A DNA stretch of 64,000 nt from Hydrolagus affinis (Eukaryota), in NCBI GenBank assembly GCA_012026655.1, contig JAAILG010000529.1, forward strand, positions 1-64,000, written 5' to 3'. The notes beneath the pieces are model-generated. The model was not told the origin of the DNA and did no database searches. It was given only the letters and a program-made list of their open reading frames with translations. The first letter of the stretch is position 1; each line of letters starts with the position of its first letter. Below are positions 48,405 to 61,865 of the stretch, in pieces. Both the position numbers and the translations under genes were made by a program.

Positions 48405-48706
48405 AACAACAATAATAATAATCTTTGCATTTGATATAGTGCCTTATCACGTCTTCTAGATGTCTCAAAGCGCTTCACAGATTTCTTGTAAAATGAATTG
48501 ACGGTATGTTTTTGGGTCAAATGTGGCAATTTGCGCACAACAGTGTCCCACAAACAGTTGTGGATTGAAATGGCCAATTTTATTATTTTTTGAGGGATTA
48601 TTATCAGGCGTGTGGAGTGGGGAAACTTGTCCAAGGTTTCACCCTGCCCAGGAATCGAACCCAGGTCTCTCGATAGTACTCTAGCCACTGAGCTACAGGA
48701 CTCTAC
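48405..48706 (-). mobile_element. tRNA-Deu SINE, full length, filling most of the 437-bp intron between the exon 13 and 14 equivalents
   Basis: Runs from the tail through ggaatcgaacc to ccactgagctacaggactc. Confidence 0.93.
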
Positions 48707-48736
48707 AAAGTACATCAGTACACCATGGTACACTTA

Positions 48737-48850
<114 letters not shown>

Positions 48851-49545
48851 TTATAAAAGTTTCAGAACAACACAAAAACATAAATGTTATGCAACATTAG
48901 CAGCAAAAATAAATCCTTTGAAATTTTCAATTCTTACAATACATTGACTGATTTAATTGAACCGTCATTGGGCGATCTGGTAGATAATAGAGCCGCAAAA
49001 TTTCACCTGAATGAGCTTTAAGCTATTCAGTGTGACAAATTGAGTACTATAGCATTAAATAATGGATGAATCGTTAACTAGAGATACAAATCATCGCAGA
49101 ACACACTGAACATATACTTACACAAGGTAAAATATGGTATGTAACAAATGCAGATTTCAAATAAAAATCGGGAGTAAGATTGCTCAGAAAGATATAAAAG
49201 CAGATTAAACTGCATTGTATAATTCAATATTCATTGACAAAAACAATTAATCAGCACCATTCAAAATTTATGCACACAGTGGAATGTTGCAGAGTGGGGT
49301 AAATGGAGATAAACAGATGGCTCACTTACAATTATTGAAATTATCAGTATTATTAATTGTACTCTGCAGTTTTCCAAATTAATTATATAGCATCTGCAAA
49401 ACTGGCTGCTAAATTTCTATAAAGCTGAATAATAGTCAAAGTCAATAGTCATCTAAGTCATTGTCATACAAGTCTAGCAATGTCTTAAAGCTTCCCCTCC
49501 AAACATTACTTCCACAATTTATGATGATTCAATCGAAATCAGCTA

Positions 49546-49848
<303 letters not shown>

Positions 49849-50155
49849 TCAACATTAGAAAGTAATCTTACAAAGTACTTCCTATTGACTGTAAATTGTA
49901 GCATGCAAACTGAATATTAGTCAAATATCTAATTGGCTGGTTGCATAACTTATCCATTCCCCTCATCTCGACCCACCCACCCACCCAAACTGTATTCACA
50001 ACAGCACTGGACTGTAAATCACATCTAATGTAGCATAAAATAAATATGGGTTGGATGACAGCAGATCCTAGCCAGAGGGTGCCAAGCAAGGCTGGTATTG
50101 CAATTTGTACCCAGGTGCTCATAACAACCAAGCCAAGGAAGATAAAGTATTATTG

Positions 50156-50400
50156 AATAATCCTGGCATTTTGATATAGCAGCTTTTCACGTCTTCTAGA
50201 CTGTGTCTCAAAGCGCTTCACAGAATATACTGGTCAAGTGAATTGACTTTATATTTGTGGGAGAAATGCGGCAGCCAATTATGCACAGCAGCGTCCCCCG
50301 CAAACAGCCATGGATTGAAACAACCAATTTTATTATAGGTTGTTTTTGACAGATTATTATGAGGCGTGTGTTGGAGTAAGGAAACTTGCCCAGGGTTTCC
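50156..50400 (-). mobile_element. tRNA-Deu SINE lacking its head
   Basis: Tail, Deu core and ggagtaaggaaacttgcccagggttt. Confidence 0.9.
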
Positions 50401-52119
50401 TTTATACAGTATCTTGTCAGGACACTGGGTGTAAGTTTGATTGGCTATATCTGTGTGTTCACCTTCTTCTTTTCTGGTGATCAATCCCCCGACACAAACC
50501 TTTTACTGGACACATGATTTATCTGCAAGTGGTATGGCTCCACTCTATGAAACAAGTGCACTGTTATCTTAGTGGGCTGTTTTAACCCAAGGATAGTTCA
50601 TTTCTCTTGCGATGGCTTTTCTTCACCTGTGCACTTCTCTCATTTAAATTCCCTTTCCAATATCAGATGCTTAAGTGTTCCAGATCACTCTGAAGATAAA
50701 AGTTTTCTTTGGATGGTTTGGCATTATGTCATTTGAAATAATGGAATTACAGATTCTTTAAAAAACGTATGTGGGAATCAGGATCCGTTGATGGTTTTTC
50801 TGTTTGGCACTAGACCAAAACACATGCATATTTGTTACTTACCCAACCATTTACATGATGCTTTAGATATTGAAAGATATTGGATTTCCTTTCAGTGAGT
50901 TACAAGAAAGCAACCCAATCGAGAGGGCTCAAATACCACCCATCAACAAGAGCTAAACTGGAGTTCAGGTTAGTCACAAGAACTTTCAAGCTCACCTTAC
51001 TCACTTGTGCGAGACATTCAGTGTTGTTTGGGTTTGTGTTTGCTGAGCCGCTGATTTCTCATGACACAAAAATTGGGTTTTATTTCGGTGAGAGGAAGAG
51101 CAAGAATTTGTCAGGCTTTTTGATGTCGGCCACTTGAAAACATTGCAATATGACTCACAACGTGACATTTTGGGGCTTCATTACTGCATTGTTTTGACCA
51201 GCACATTGCAACAAAAACAACAACAAAAAAGGCATTAATTGAGTACGTTTCCAACGTCCACATTGTATTTCCAAATGAGCGAGAGATTGTTTTGCAAGCA
51301 AGGCCGACTTCATCAACAGGTCAAGAATATGTTGGAATGTGTAATCTCAGATTGCATTCCACTGTCATGGCTGTTGTCAAATCCTGGGATGGATTCCAGG
51401 ACTTCTTTTCCCCCCCAAAAAATGATTTGTTTTAAGAATTTATATATAAAAAAAATTTATAGAGTCACTTCTCTCTAATAATAAAAAAATCTTAGATATA
51501 CTTGTCAATCAGGACAGAAGGAATGGTAATTTATAGTGTGTGTTAGTTGAGTTAACACAGCTTTCTCATTCAGTTGCTTGGTGATGTGACATGATTTGTG
51601 TCCACCATGCTATGCCTTTATGAAAGATTTCAGCACAGAGAGTTTTTCTTTTAATCTGTGCTACATGGAGTTGCCTCCTATCCACTCCTTCGTACCTACT
51701 AGAAACTCAGCGAGCAAAAGGAAGTGTCTGAAATGCAAGCTGCACACAAATGCAGTGTGCAATTATCAAATGATAATACTGTGACTAGCCTGCAGAGTTC
51801 TAACAATGGAGCATAATTCATCTCAATGTCAAAAGTGCCACACATCAGACACTGATTCCCATAATAGCCAGAAAGGCTTATGGACGTACAGTAACAGACT
51901 TGGCTAACAACCCACTAACTTCTCCAGAGATGGTTACAAGATGTTGACCTTTTTCCTTCCCACCCGCTCCAGTCAGCAATTCACATTGGCATCAGGCCAC
52001 CGTCAGACCTATTTGCCCCTTCAGTCACTCAGCCTTGCTCTACCAGCCTTGCTAATTTATACAATCCTGCTGCTTTTCCGCTATTAATCCTAACAGGAAG
52101 ATCTAGAAACTGCTTGTAC

Positions 52120-52206
52120 CTGGCATGTTCCTCAGGAAGCTTCCTCTGCCGTTGCATATGAAACATGAGGTCGCCACCATTGACATATTCTATAACAAGA
52201 AACAGC
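52120..52206 (-). CDS. PRKCZ: PRKCZ exon 11 equivalent, 87 bp
   Basis: atttcag|G ... AG|gtacaa. Translates (R)[28 protein letters not shown](R). Confidence 0.98.
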
Positions 52207-53044
52207 CTGAAATACACCATAAAAAATAAGATTCAAAACATGAAACTTGCACACACAAAAAAAAACCTCAGAGAGCGAGCCTTGTATTTCTGCTTCGCTT
52301 TATATTTCAGTTTGATTAAAATATTAAACCGTTCTGTAATTTCCAATATTTACCACATTATTCCGGATGATGAATTATTCCCTTTTTAGTGCCGATACAA
52401 AATAATTGCAGTCGCTTGAAGCCAAGTTCAACTGGTTATGATGCATAAACACAATCTGAGGAATCTGATGCCACAAACCCATACTCATTCCTACACTCCT
52501 CACTGAACAAAATATTCAACAGCTGACGACATTCAAATGAAGCAAGGATTCAAATGAGTGTGCTGATATCCTGGTGTGGTTTCAAGCTGCCCAACATTCC
52601 CAATCTGTCATTCCTTCTCATTTCTTTACCACCAGCCTTCACAAATAAGAGGTATAGAATACATAGAGAGGAAGGAACAGTGAAAAAGGGCCAGAGGCAC
52701 TTCACATCCACTCCTGGAAGAATCTCACTCTCTCTCTTTCTCTCTCTCCCTGCCAAACTACACTTTTTCTCCTGTTCGTGGCCCCTCCAGAGGCTAAATA
52801 AAGGTGAAAGAGAGAAGGAGTAGAAGAAGAAGAAAAAAAAAGATCAATTCAGAGGGAAATATTATTCTGGCCAATTTCTTCCAAATTCCTGAAGCTAACC
52901 GAGAGAGCTGAGCCATCATCAATACAGCAGTTTCTTTTAATGAATCCCTGTATCCTTCTATTGATGTTTGGCACATTACATTGCATTGCAATAAGAAACA
53001 CAAGAGGAAAAGCGTAGAAAATGTAATACGTTCTAAGCTCTTAC

Positions 53045-53142
53045 CTGCTTTCTGTTTGGAAACAAGAATGAAGACCGACAAGAAAGGGGTTACTGCAAGC
53101 TTGCTCAAAAACATGTTTTTCTGTCTGGACCCAGTCAATATC
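53045..53142 (-). CDS. PRKCZ: PRKCZ exon 10 equivalent, 98 bp
   Basis: ctttgtag|GAT ... AG|gtaaga. Translates [32 protein letters not shown](R). No upstream exon was found in 53143-64000, so the gene continues beyond the window. Confidence 0.97.
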
Positions 53143-53993
53143 CTACAAAGGGAAAAATATTCACTTTATATACATCACCTTATTGAGAAACAAAGGGAAT
53201 GGAATACAAACTCTGAAAGCATGATTCGATCAAAACAACAAGGTTTACTTTTTAATCCCCTATAGCCTCCGACCACCCAGTAATCAATCCTGGTTTGTGA
53301 GAGGAAACAAAATCCATCTCTTACCCACTAATCTCTCTGGCTTCATGCTTTGCCCACCAGTGCATGACATTTCAACAGGTTTTGAATCAGTTTTTTTTCA
53401 TAAAGGGATCATTTTTGAGCGTCACAAGATATTGATCCATTTATCTTAACTCTTCCTGCAGACTATCAGCAGGGTTCAGCTTCATTTAAACATGATGATC
53501 CTGTTTCAACCCGTCAGTATTCATTCAATATCGATGGCCAATTTACAATTGTAAATGATGCGCCATTTATACAAATAACATTGGGAATGGGAAAACAGTA
53601 TCAGACCCCCAACCCTTCCTCAGATTGTGTATAATTGGAAGAAATAGACAATTCAAACGACTTAATTTCCTGAGGGAAGTGACGAAACCCGTTGTAAAAC
53701 CTCCAATATAAAGTTTTGTGGACTTCTCCCGGACTTTAACCTAGTAATTCAATCTTACTCTCTACACTATTCAATTATAAATAACCTACTCTCTTCAAAC
53801 GATAGCACTTTTGAGTCTCTACAGAACTGAAGAGCTCCAACTCCAGGCATCAATTCTGGTTGTGATTCTTTGATTCATCTCCAAGCACTGAGCTAAAGGG
53901 GTTAAAGGTGACCATTTGAACAATATTGGAATGCTATTTTATAATTAATTAAAAATCAGGATGAGTCTCACAGCACAATATTTCAACACTAGA

Positions 53994-54010
53994 CTGACCC
54001 TCTAGTGGAG
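53994..54010 (-). promoter_or_regulatory. Candidate CTCF site
   Basis: CTCCACTAGAGGGTCAG matches the CCAC(C/T)AG(A/G)GGG core but deviates at the following C. Confidence 0.35.
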
Positions 54011-54814
54011 GACGCAGATATTTCGACGCGTGCCTTTGGGAATCAAATGTTTTTCGCTTTCTGCTGCTCTATCGACCCAACTGAGTCAACAACTGCACCT
54101 GCGGCAGGGTAAGCTCATTACGTCCACCTTTCCATCTAGCGAGTAAGTACCTGACAACACTTTGCCTGAAGGAAGGTTGGACAAAGAACGTAAACCTTGC
54201 TTCTAGTGCATATCGTGACGGTTTCAAAGCAGGAGGGGGAAAAAAAAAGCGGCTCCCAGGGACTGAACCTCACTGACTCCAGCTGGGGAGAAAGCAGTTT
54301 CCAGACTCAGAACCGGTTTTAAATTAAATGCAATGCTTCCCGGGGTGTTTGCTGTGAGTTTTGTTTGTTCCAGTTCTTTTTAAAAATTAAAAACAGCAGG
54401 ACAGGATCAGCTACAGGTTGAGGCGACGTTAAACTATACCAACACGAATAAATATGCAATGAGGCTTTTGGTAAACAAGCTGCAATCACTAATTACCACT
54501 TTCTTCTTCTGTGTTTCTACAGTATGCAAAGCAGACAAAAAGATCTTTGAACTGACAATTAAGGAAAATGTTTCACTTCAAAGACACAATGATAATGTTT
54601 GAGAGCGGGAGAGAGAGAGAGAGCAACTCAGTTGACGTTTTGGGGAGAAAATGGACAATATTCTCATATTGTTTGTTGATTTATGACATCACCATCGCAG
54701 TCCCCTTTGATCTGGGTTGTCATATCTACTTGACCTGAAAAAACAATGTCATTAAAAAACAATACATCAAACTCTAAAGCTACTCAAGGGCAATATAAAG
54801 TGTACATAACAATA

Positions 54815-55120
54815 GTAATACTCCTTGCATTGTTACAGTGCCTTGTCGCATCAAAACTGCTCAAAAAAGACTTCATAGGTAATTACTGTCAAGTGCAATG
54901 GTTGTTTTTGTAGATAAGTGTGGAAGTCATTTGTCCACAACAAGGTCTCACAATACATGAAAGTGAAAGACCAACTTATCTAGTGAGTCAGGACACTGGA
55001 GGGAAAACTGTTCTTTCTTCGAATAACGTCCCCAAATCTTATTGTCAATCAGTCAAATGGGATTTCCGTTGAAGTCATATCTGAAAAATAGCACTTTTGA
55101 CAACACTCTCCTATCACTGC
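54815..55120 (-). mobile_element. Old degenerate Deu-SINE
   Basis: ccttgcattgttacagtgcctt tail, cacaacaaggtctcacaa, caggacactggag, tcttcgaata and ctgaaaaatagcac. Confidence 0.65.
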
Positions 55121-55121
55121 C

Positions 55122-55397
55122 ATAATAATAGTAATCCTGGCATTTAATATAGCGCTAAACGTCTCAAAGTGCTTCACAGAATTTACTGTAAAATGTATTG
55201 ACTGTATATTTGTGGGCAAAACGCGGCAGCTAATTGATCACAGCAGTGTCCACATTGTTTTGTTTTCTTGAGACATTATTATCAGGCGTGTGGAGTAAGG
55301 AAACTTGACCAGGGTTTTGTCCTGACCTGCCTGGAATTGAACCTAGATCCTCTTGCTTGAGAGGCATATGCTCTAACCACTGAGCTACCAGACTCCA
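55122..55397 (-). mobile_element. tRNA-Deu SINE, near full length
   Basis: Runs from the tail through ggaattgaacc to tgctctaaccactgagctac. Confidence 0.92.
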
Positions 55398-55991
55398 TGG
55401 ACTGTTAGCTCAAGTCTCAATGTGATTTTAAAAGTAACTCTGCTTCAGAGGTGGGAATGCTACTGACTTCAGCCTGACAATGGCAAAAATACATTTTATA
55501 TAATAAGATACTATTTACATTGACTGTCTCTATTAATAAGTATATTGATCTTCAGGATAACATAACAAATAATGCCCTTTTGCTGATTGCGATGAGAATA
55601 TCTACATAAACAGCAGAGACTGTTTTGTATCTAGACATACCATTATTCGAATGTATTGGATGGTAAAGTGCCGCCCTAGGAAGCTAATTCATTCATTTTC
55701 TATTTTTATCAACCAGATTTTACTTCTCTCTCCTCCTCTCTCCCCACGAAGAATAAGGTTAATAAAATGATTCACTGGCAGTCTCTCAACTGCATGACTA
55801 CATGTTTGTAACAGCAAACTAAACAAGTAAACACAATCTCTGTTCACTGCTTTATTCTTGCCAATGGAAATGATAAACCATGCTAATTTATCACCTCCAT
55901 CCTACACATTGATATGCTACAACGCAGGCTCCAAAGTTCATCTACAAAGTCTGAGAAGTATTTTTGGGGGTTCAGTCAGATAAAATAGTAA

Positions 55992-56304
55992 TATAATAAT
56001 CCTTGCATTTGATATAATGCTTTTCACATATTTTAGACGTCTCAAAGCGCTTCACAGAATGTACTGTAAAGTGAATTTACTGCATATTTGTGGGCGAAAT
56101 GTGGCAGCCAACTGTACACAGCAGCGTTGGATGAGTGGTGGATTGAAAATGACCAATTTTATTATTGTGTTTTTTTGGAGGGATTATTATTAGGTGTGTG
56201 AAGTAAGGAAACTTGCCCAAAGTTTCGCCTGACCTGCCTGGATTTCAATACAGGTCTCACGCTGTAAGGTGAGTGCTCTAACCACTGAGCTACATGACTC
56301 CACA
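55992..56304 (-). mobile_element. tRNA-Deu SINE, full length
   Basis: Runs from the tail through to gagtgctctaaccactgagctacatgactccaca. Confidence 0.93.
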
Positions 56305-59300
56305 GTCCATATCTGACATAGGCAGCGGCATCCAAACCCAGACCAAAGAGTTCCACGTATGTATGCCAACTACGCATGGAAATTTCTGTGTGATTGGAAA
56401 GGAATGTGCACACTTTGCCTGGAAAGATACACACCCTGCTTACTTAATTCTGGCAAGTATCAGTCCAGGTTGGAGCTCAGAGTCAACTTTGGGGGCACTG
56501 ATGGAATAATTGTCACTCATGCTGCCATTGTGGATACTGCCTGTCAAGCCTCCGGCTACTTGTTCAAAGACCACCCCACCTCACCACTTTGGGCTTTGGT
56601 TTGCAATGCTGGTGGAGGGGAGATGAGTGAACACAGGTGTGTAGCAAATAGTGGAGGGGAAAGAACTAAAATATTTCCAAAATTATTCTACGGTGAGATC
56701 GCGTAAGCTTCCAGGATGGGAGGAGGCTATGAGCCAATTCTTCCACTTTTTAAAAAAAACACAAGCTGTAAAATAATTAATGTAACCAAAAAGGGTTTCT
56801 TATGTATTCAGCTTACGGAAATGAAGAAAGCCAATATTAACTGAGATGTTTCAGAAGCAAAGAACTTGACTCAAGGGAACACCCTTCAATGGACCAATGG
56901 AAAGAAAAGCTTCTCTTAAAATCTCATTGGCTGTTCCCTCAGGCTTTATGGAAATGCACAGAATGGAATCAGCTCTCATGCAGACCAAGTGCTTGAAGGT
57001 GTTTGAGATCAAAGTAAGCCCAGAAATAAACAGATGATATCCTAGGGTTTGACTATTGCAGTGGAGATAGAGGAGAGATAAAACTCAGGAAAACATTCCC
57101 AAAATGCAGTAATCTGATCTGTAATAAATCCTCAATTTGTTCTCTTTTGATAGGAACATAACAGAGCTGATTTATCATTGCACCTAACAGTTGCACAATT
57201 CCACAGTGGTGGCCTAAGAACAGCACTGCAATTCATCATTCTGTCAGTGCCAAGATTTCACAATAGAATTTATCTTTATGTTCCGTCACTGTGACCTAAT
57301 TTTAGGCATTTACACTGATATAAACTGTTTATTAACACCTATTTCCTGTTTAGTCTTGTGCTTTTTTGCAACATCAGTCAACGTTGGCTCATGTGTCTGA
57401 CACATCACGGATACATTACTTTTTGTGCTGATGCGGCAGGAGTACAGATATAACGCAAAACAGCAGCTTGCTGCATTCGCTGTTTCTATCTGAAGGTTGC
57501 GCAGAAAAGTTCTGATCTGCAAAATAGAAATTCCCGTCTGCAAGTTGAGCTGCCTACTTGTAAGACCAGAGTAATATTATAACAAAGATCTGGGAGGCAC
57601 TGAATTCCTCAAAAAATAGATTAAATCTTTTGGAGAACGAGTTCCACTTACGAGGGCTACCTTCAGTTAGACATATTGGTCTTGTGGTTGCAACATGGCA
57701 TGGGTTTGAGGAAGAGGCAATTAGCACAGGAATGCAGAGCCCAACTACATCTTATAAGTTGGTTGAATCAAGTACACCGTGTCCCAGCTGTTTCTAGAGG
57801 CAACAATATCCACCAATCACACATTCATCTGATGGACATGCATGATAACCCAATGCAAGCACAATCACTCAGTTACACAATTATTTTTTGACCGGCAAAG
57901 AGAACTACAGCACAGCAAGTCCATGATTGCGGTTTCATTGTCCACTAGGCTGAATCGCTCAATCCTTCGGCGTATGTTATGCAGCTTATGCACCTCAAAC
58001 ATTCTGAGTTTCCGCTCGGCATGAAGTGGGGGGGGGGGCTGCTATATAAATGCAAGTTGTTGTTGTTTGTTATTGTTATAATAGAGTTCTAAACCCAACA
58101 TAATCTTGGGTTAGTAACAACAGCTTGCAGCCATGTAAAGAAAGGTTTCAAGTACAGTAAATGGAATTAACATCACAGACCTGCACAAATCCTATTTTAG
58201 ACCACTCTAAGATCACTCTTTCCACCACTAAGAAATCTAAGACCACTCTTCCCACCATCACCCCCCCACCCCACCCGCCTACCACAACCCCAAAAAATAC
58301 AGTCGATATCCAGAGTCGGATTCATGCTCACTTTTGCTAATAAGGAGGTTTTTAAAAAATCATTAGTCCAGCCTGCTGCCTGTCCTTACAAGCAATTTGC
58401 TTGGATGTAATCAATACAGGAGCTTGAAGAATTAAGTCGACGTGAAGAAGTTGCCATTGAAAGCTGCTAGACCAGCAGTAAGTAGGTGGCAATAAACAGC
58501 CCGATGCGATGCCTGTAGCAAGCTTTAGGATGGTCACATCTGCTTCTGTGCACACTGAGCAGTATGCTGACGGTGCAGGTAATATCATTTGTACGCACAC
58601 TAGCTGCTGGAAAATGCATGGTCTATTCCAGATGTGTACCCTCCTAAAACAGCTGGCATATCATCAGAACCTTGAACAGTACAGCCAACTCTCATTATAA
58701 CGCTTTCAGCTCACACTGGTAATACTGTGCCTTTGTTCTTCAGAAAAGTAGGTGCAATTAAAATGCAGGAGTTTTTTTTATTAACATTTTTGAAGCGTTA
58801 TGTGATTTTGTCGGGCCCACAAAGAGCAGAACATCTAATAGCAGTATACTTTGATGCTCTTATTCAGGTTAGAACACAACTGCACGGAGCCAGTTTGCTA
58901 CCTTTTTGTTGTTGTTAGATGATTTGAGGTTAGCAGGAAATTGTATGGGCACTGAACAGTTTGCTAAATAACTGGTCAGCTGTCCATTGAGACATGCAAA
59001 TCCTGATCATAGGGAAGAAGCCCTCAACAACCCACATCCAAGCTTTCAGCAGCTTGAGACACATTGTACATGGCAACACAGCACACTGCTGCATTTGGCC
59101 GGCTCCCAAATCCCAAGTTATGGCAGAAGGTCTTTACAGTACTCCTGTTATTACATTCCATCTCATTTGTATATTAGTGCTCCTCAAGACGCTGGATGGC
59201 AGTTTTGAAGGACAGAAAATGCTTCCTCGTCACAATGAGTGATGGCATCCAGGATTCCCAAGTCAGCAATGGCACAGGTCACATACCAACCAGCGGAGGC

Positions 59301-61377
59301 TCCCTACACACCCTTACGTGGCATGATAGCCGTGTTTACATCCCCAACCTCAAGGACATAAACTAACTGCAGCAGAATGTCCATTATTTCTTTACTGTTT
59401 ACTCTAACCGTCTCTCTGAATTAGAATGCCAAATTGGTCCCCATTGTGCTGAATTTAAACATGGTTCTCTGTTGGGAAACTAGAAATGTTTAAGAGAAAA
59501 ATACAGAGCAGCTAACCACAGTTTGCACAGTAAATAAACTATAGTGAGAGAAAGCAACAAAGTCACTTGGCCATACCATTTATTAATAATCAACTGTTGA
59601 CTGTCAGGATAAAATTCCAATCATTACGGCACAAGGCAGAGAAGCCATTCGCCTGCACTTCTGTTGAGGAACTTAAATAGATCTAAAACTGAATTTAAAA
59701 AAAATCACAAGGATAATGCCAGAAAGTGACTAACTTCTGTGCCTAATGAATAAAGTGGGTGGAAAGAAATCTTGAGTGTCTGCACATCCATCCATATTTT
59801 AAATGAAAAACAATATTATTGCGGGCAAGAGATCAATTTCTCTGGGATAACTAATATGTTATCAGATTAGAAAGAAACAACTTATTTCTGTTACACCAAG
59901 CAGTTACATTTTCTAACAAGTGACAATTTATTAGTGATCATTAAATCAACCTACATCCTGTCGATGCCTCGCTGTATCCAATGTTGTTCTTCCCCCTATT
60001 TGTTGTAGGTAGTTGGGAGGGGAGCAATTATGCAGAAATATATGGAGTGTCAGCCTAGACTAACGACTTTAACTTCCTGACACGAAGCTTGAATTCACAA
60101 CCTTCTGACTCAGAAACGACAGTGCTACCAACTGAGCTAGGTTGGCATTTAAAGTTCAAATTACAGGGCTCACTATTTCAGAGGACCGGAAGAATTTCAA
60201 TTGAAAGAGATTTTAGCAATAGAGCTTCAAATAACAGGTGACATCTAGTGGGATGACTTACACTGTAGATTCCTTCACTTCAATTTTTTTTAAAAACTGG
60301 TTGACCATGAAGGGTATTTGTCAAAGAATCCTGAAATTGACCAAACATTTTTTTAAAAAAAACACACTTTCCCATCCATTCCACACAGCCAAATCTCCAA
60401 AGATCCACCCCCTCCACAAACACACACCATCCCACAGACTCCCACACTTCCCACAAACCAGTCACACTGGAACTCATTCAATCCAAACGATTTACTGGTG
60501 TAATACAACCCTGTATATAGCCCCTGGATGCTGCAATTAAAAAAAAGTATATTGCAAACCACTAGCTCTAATCATCTAACCTTGGGAGGGAGGGGACGGA
60601 GAACCAAGGTAGCCTCATACTCAGTTTAATTAATGAGATATATTAAAAGTATCTTCCTTTCTTGTTTATCCTTGCAATACTGTAGTCATCCAACCATGTG
60701 GGCATCGCTGGGACCACAAGATGTTGGCAGACTCGAGCCTGTGGGCCTTATGACGCCCACACAGTTGACTGATGGCTCCAAAGATAAACAAATACTGCAC
60801 AATTTACAGTATTATAGCTCAACAAATAAACAAAGGAAATGGGAGCCTGTCCCCCCACCCCCACCTTTTCTGAATAGTTTATTTTGAGAAGAATTTTGAG
60901 AAGAATGAGAAGCATTAAAGGGGAAAGCCAATCCATTGAAAACTTTCTTATTCCTAAATATAATAAGGAAATGCGTGGAGCACTTATTCCGAGTTTGCCC
61001 TTGGTCCTGATCACAGAGTAGAAGAGACATTTTGCGCAGAAATGTTTTTCCTCATTGACATCGAGAGGTACCAGCGGATCTTACGATATTAGTATCTAAG
61101 ATCCCCATGAACTAGTCTATGGACTGGACGCAACATGTCTTCATCCAAGCTGCTTCTGATCAACTGCTTTGACAGCACAAAAACAAAGCAATGAAGAAGA
61201 GAACTGAAGACATTGTTGGGTGAATGAGCATCATCCTGTGTGAAGTAACTCTAGAGGAATATTAAAGGGAGCAAGCAGCAGAGTGAAACAAGATAAGGTG
61301 GCTTATGTACAGGAAAGCACCAACACAAATTTGATGGGCTGAAGGAAGATATGTCAACTAAGATTACACTCCTTTAA

Positions 61378-61614
61378 ATAATAATAATCTTTGCACTTGA
61401 TATAGCACTTATCACATCTTCTAGATGTCTCAAAGTGCTTCATAGAATATACTATAAACTGAATTGACTGTATATTTGTGGGCGTAACGCAGCAGCCGAT
61501 TGCGCACAGCAGTGTCCCCCACAAACAGCTGTGGATTGAAATGACCAATTTGTTATTGCTTTTTTTTTGAGGGATTATTATTGGGCGTGTGGAGTAAGGA
61601 AACTTGTCCAAGGT
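61378..61614 (-). mobile_element. tRNA-Deu SINE lacking its head
   Basis: Tail, Deu core and ggagtaaggaaacttgtccaaggtt. Confidence 0.9.
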
Positions 61615-61732
61615 TACAATTAAAATAATACAATTGTACAACCTTGGGGTCTCCCAGTTTTGAAAGGAAGCCCTACCCTCACACAAAAGGAAATATAAAA
61701 GAGTGAAGCTCAAGGGTTCAAAGGAATATCTG

Positions 61733-61865
61733 CTGTGCATAATCGGTTGCCATATTTTGCCCACAAAATACATTCAATTCACTTTACAGTATATTCTTGA
61801 AGTGCTTTGAGGCATCTTGAAGGCGGGATAAGGCGCTGTATCAAATGCAAAGAATATTATTATTA
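61733..61865 (+). mobile_element. SINE 3' half, inverted relative to 61378-61614
   Basis: tgctgtgcataatcggttgcc...ttcactttacagtatattc...aggcgctgtatcaaatgcaa. Confidence 0.85.
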
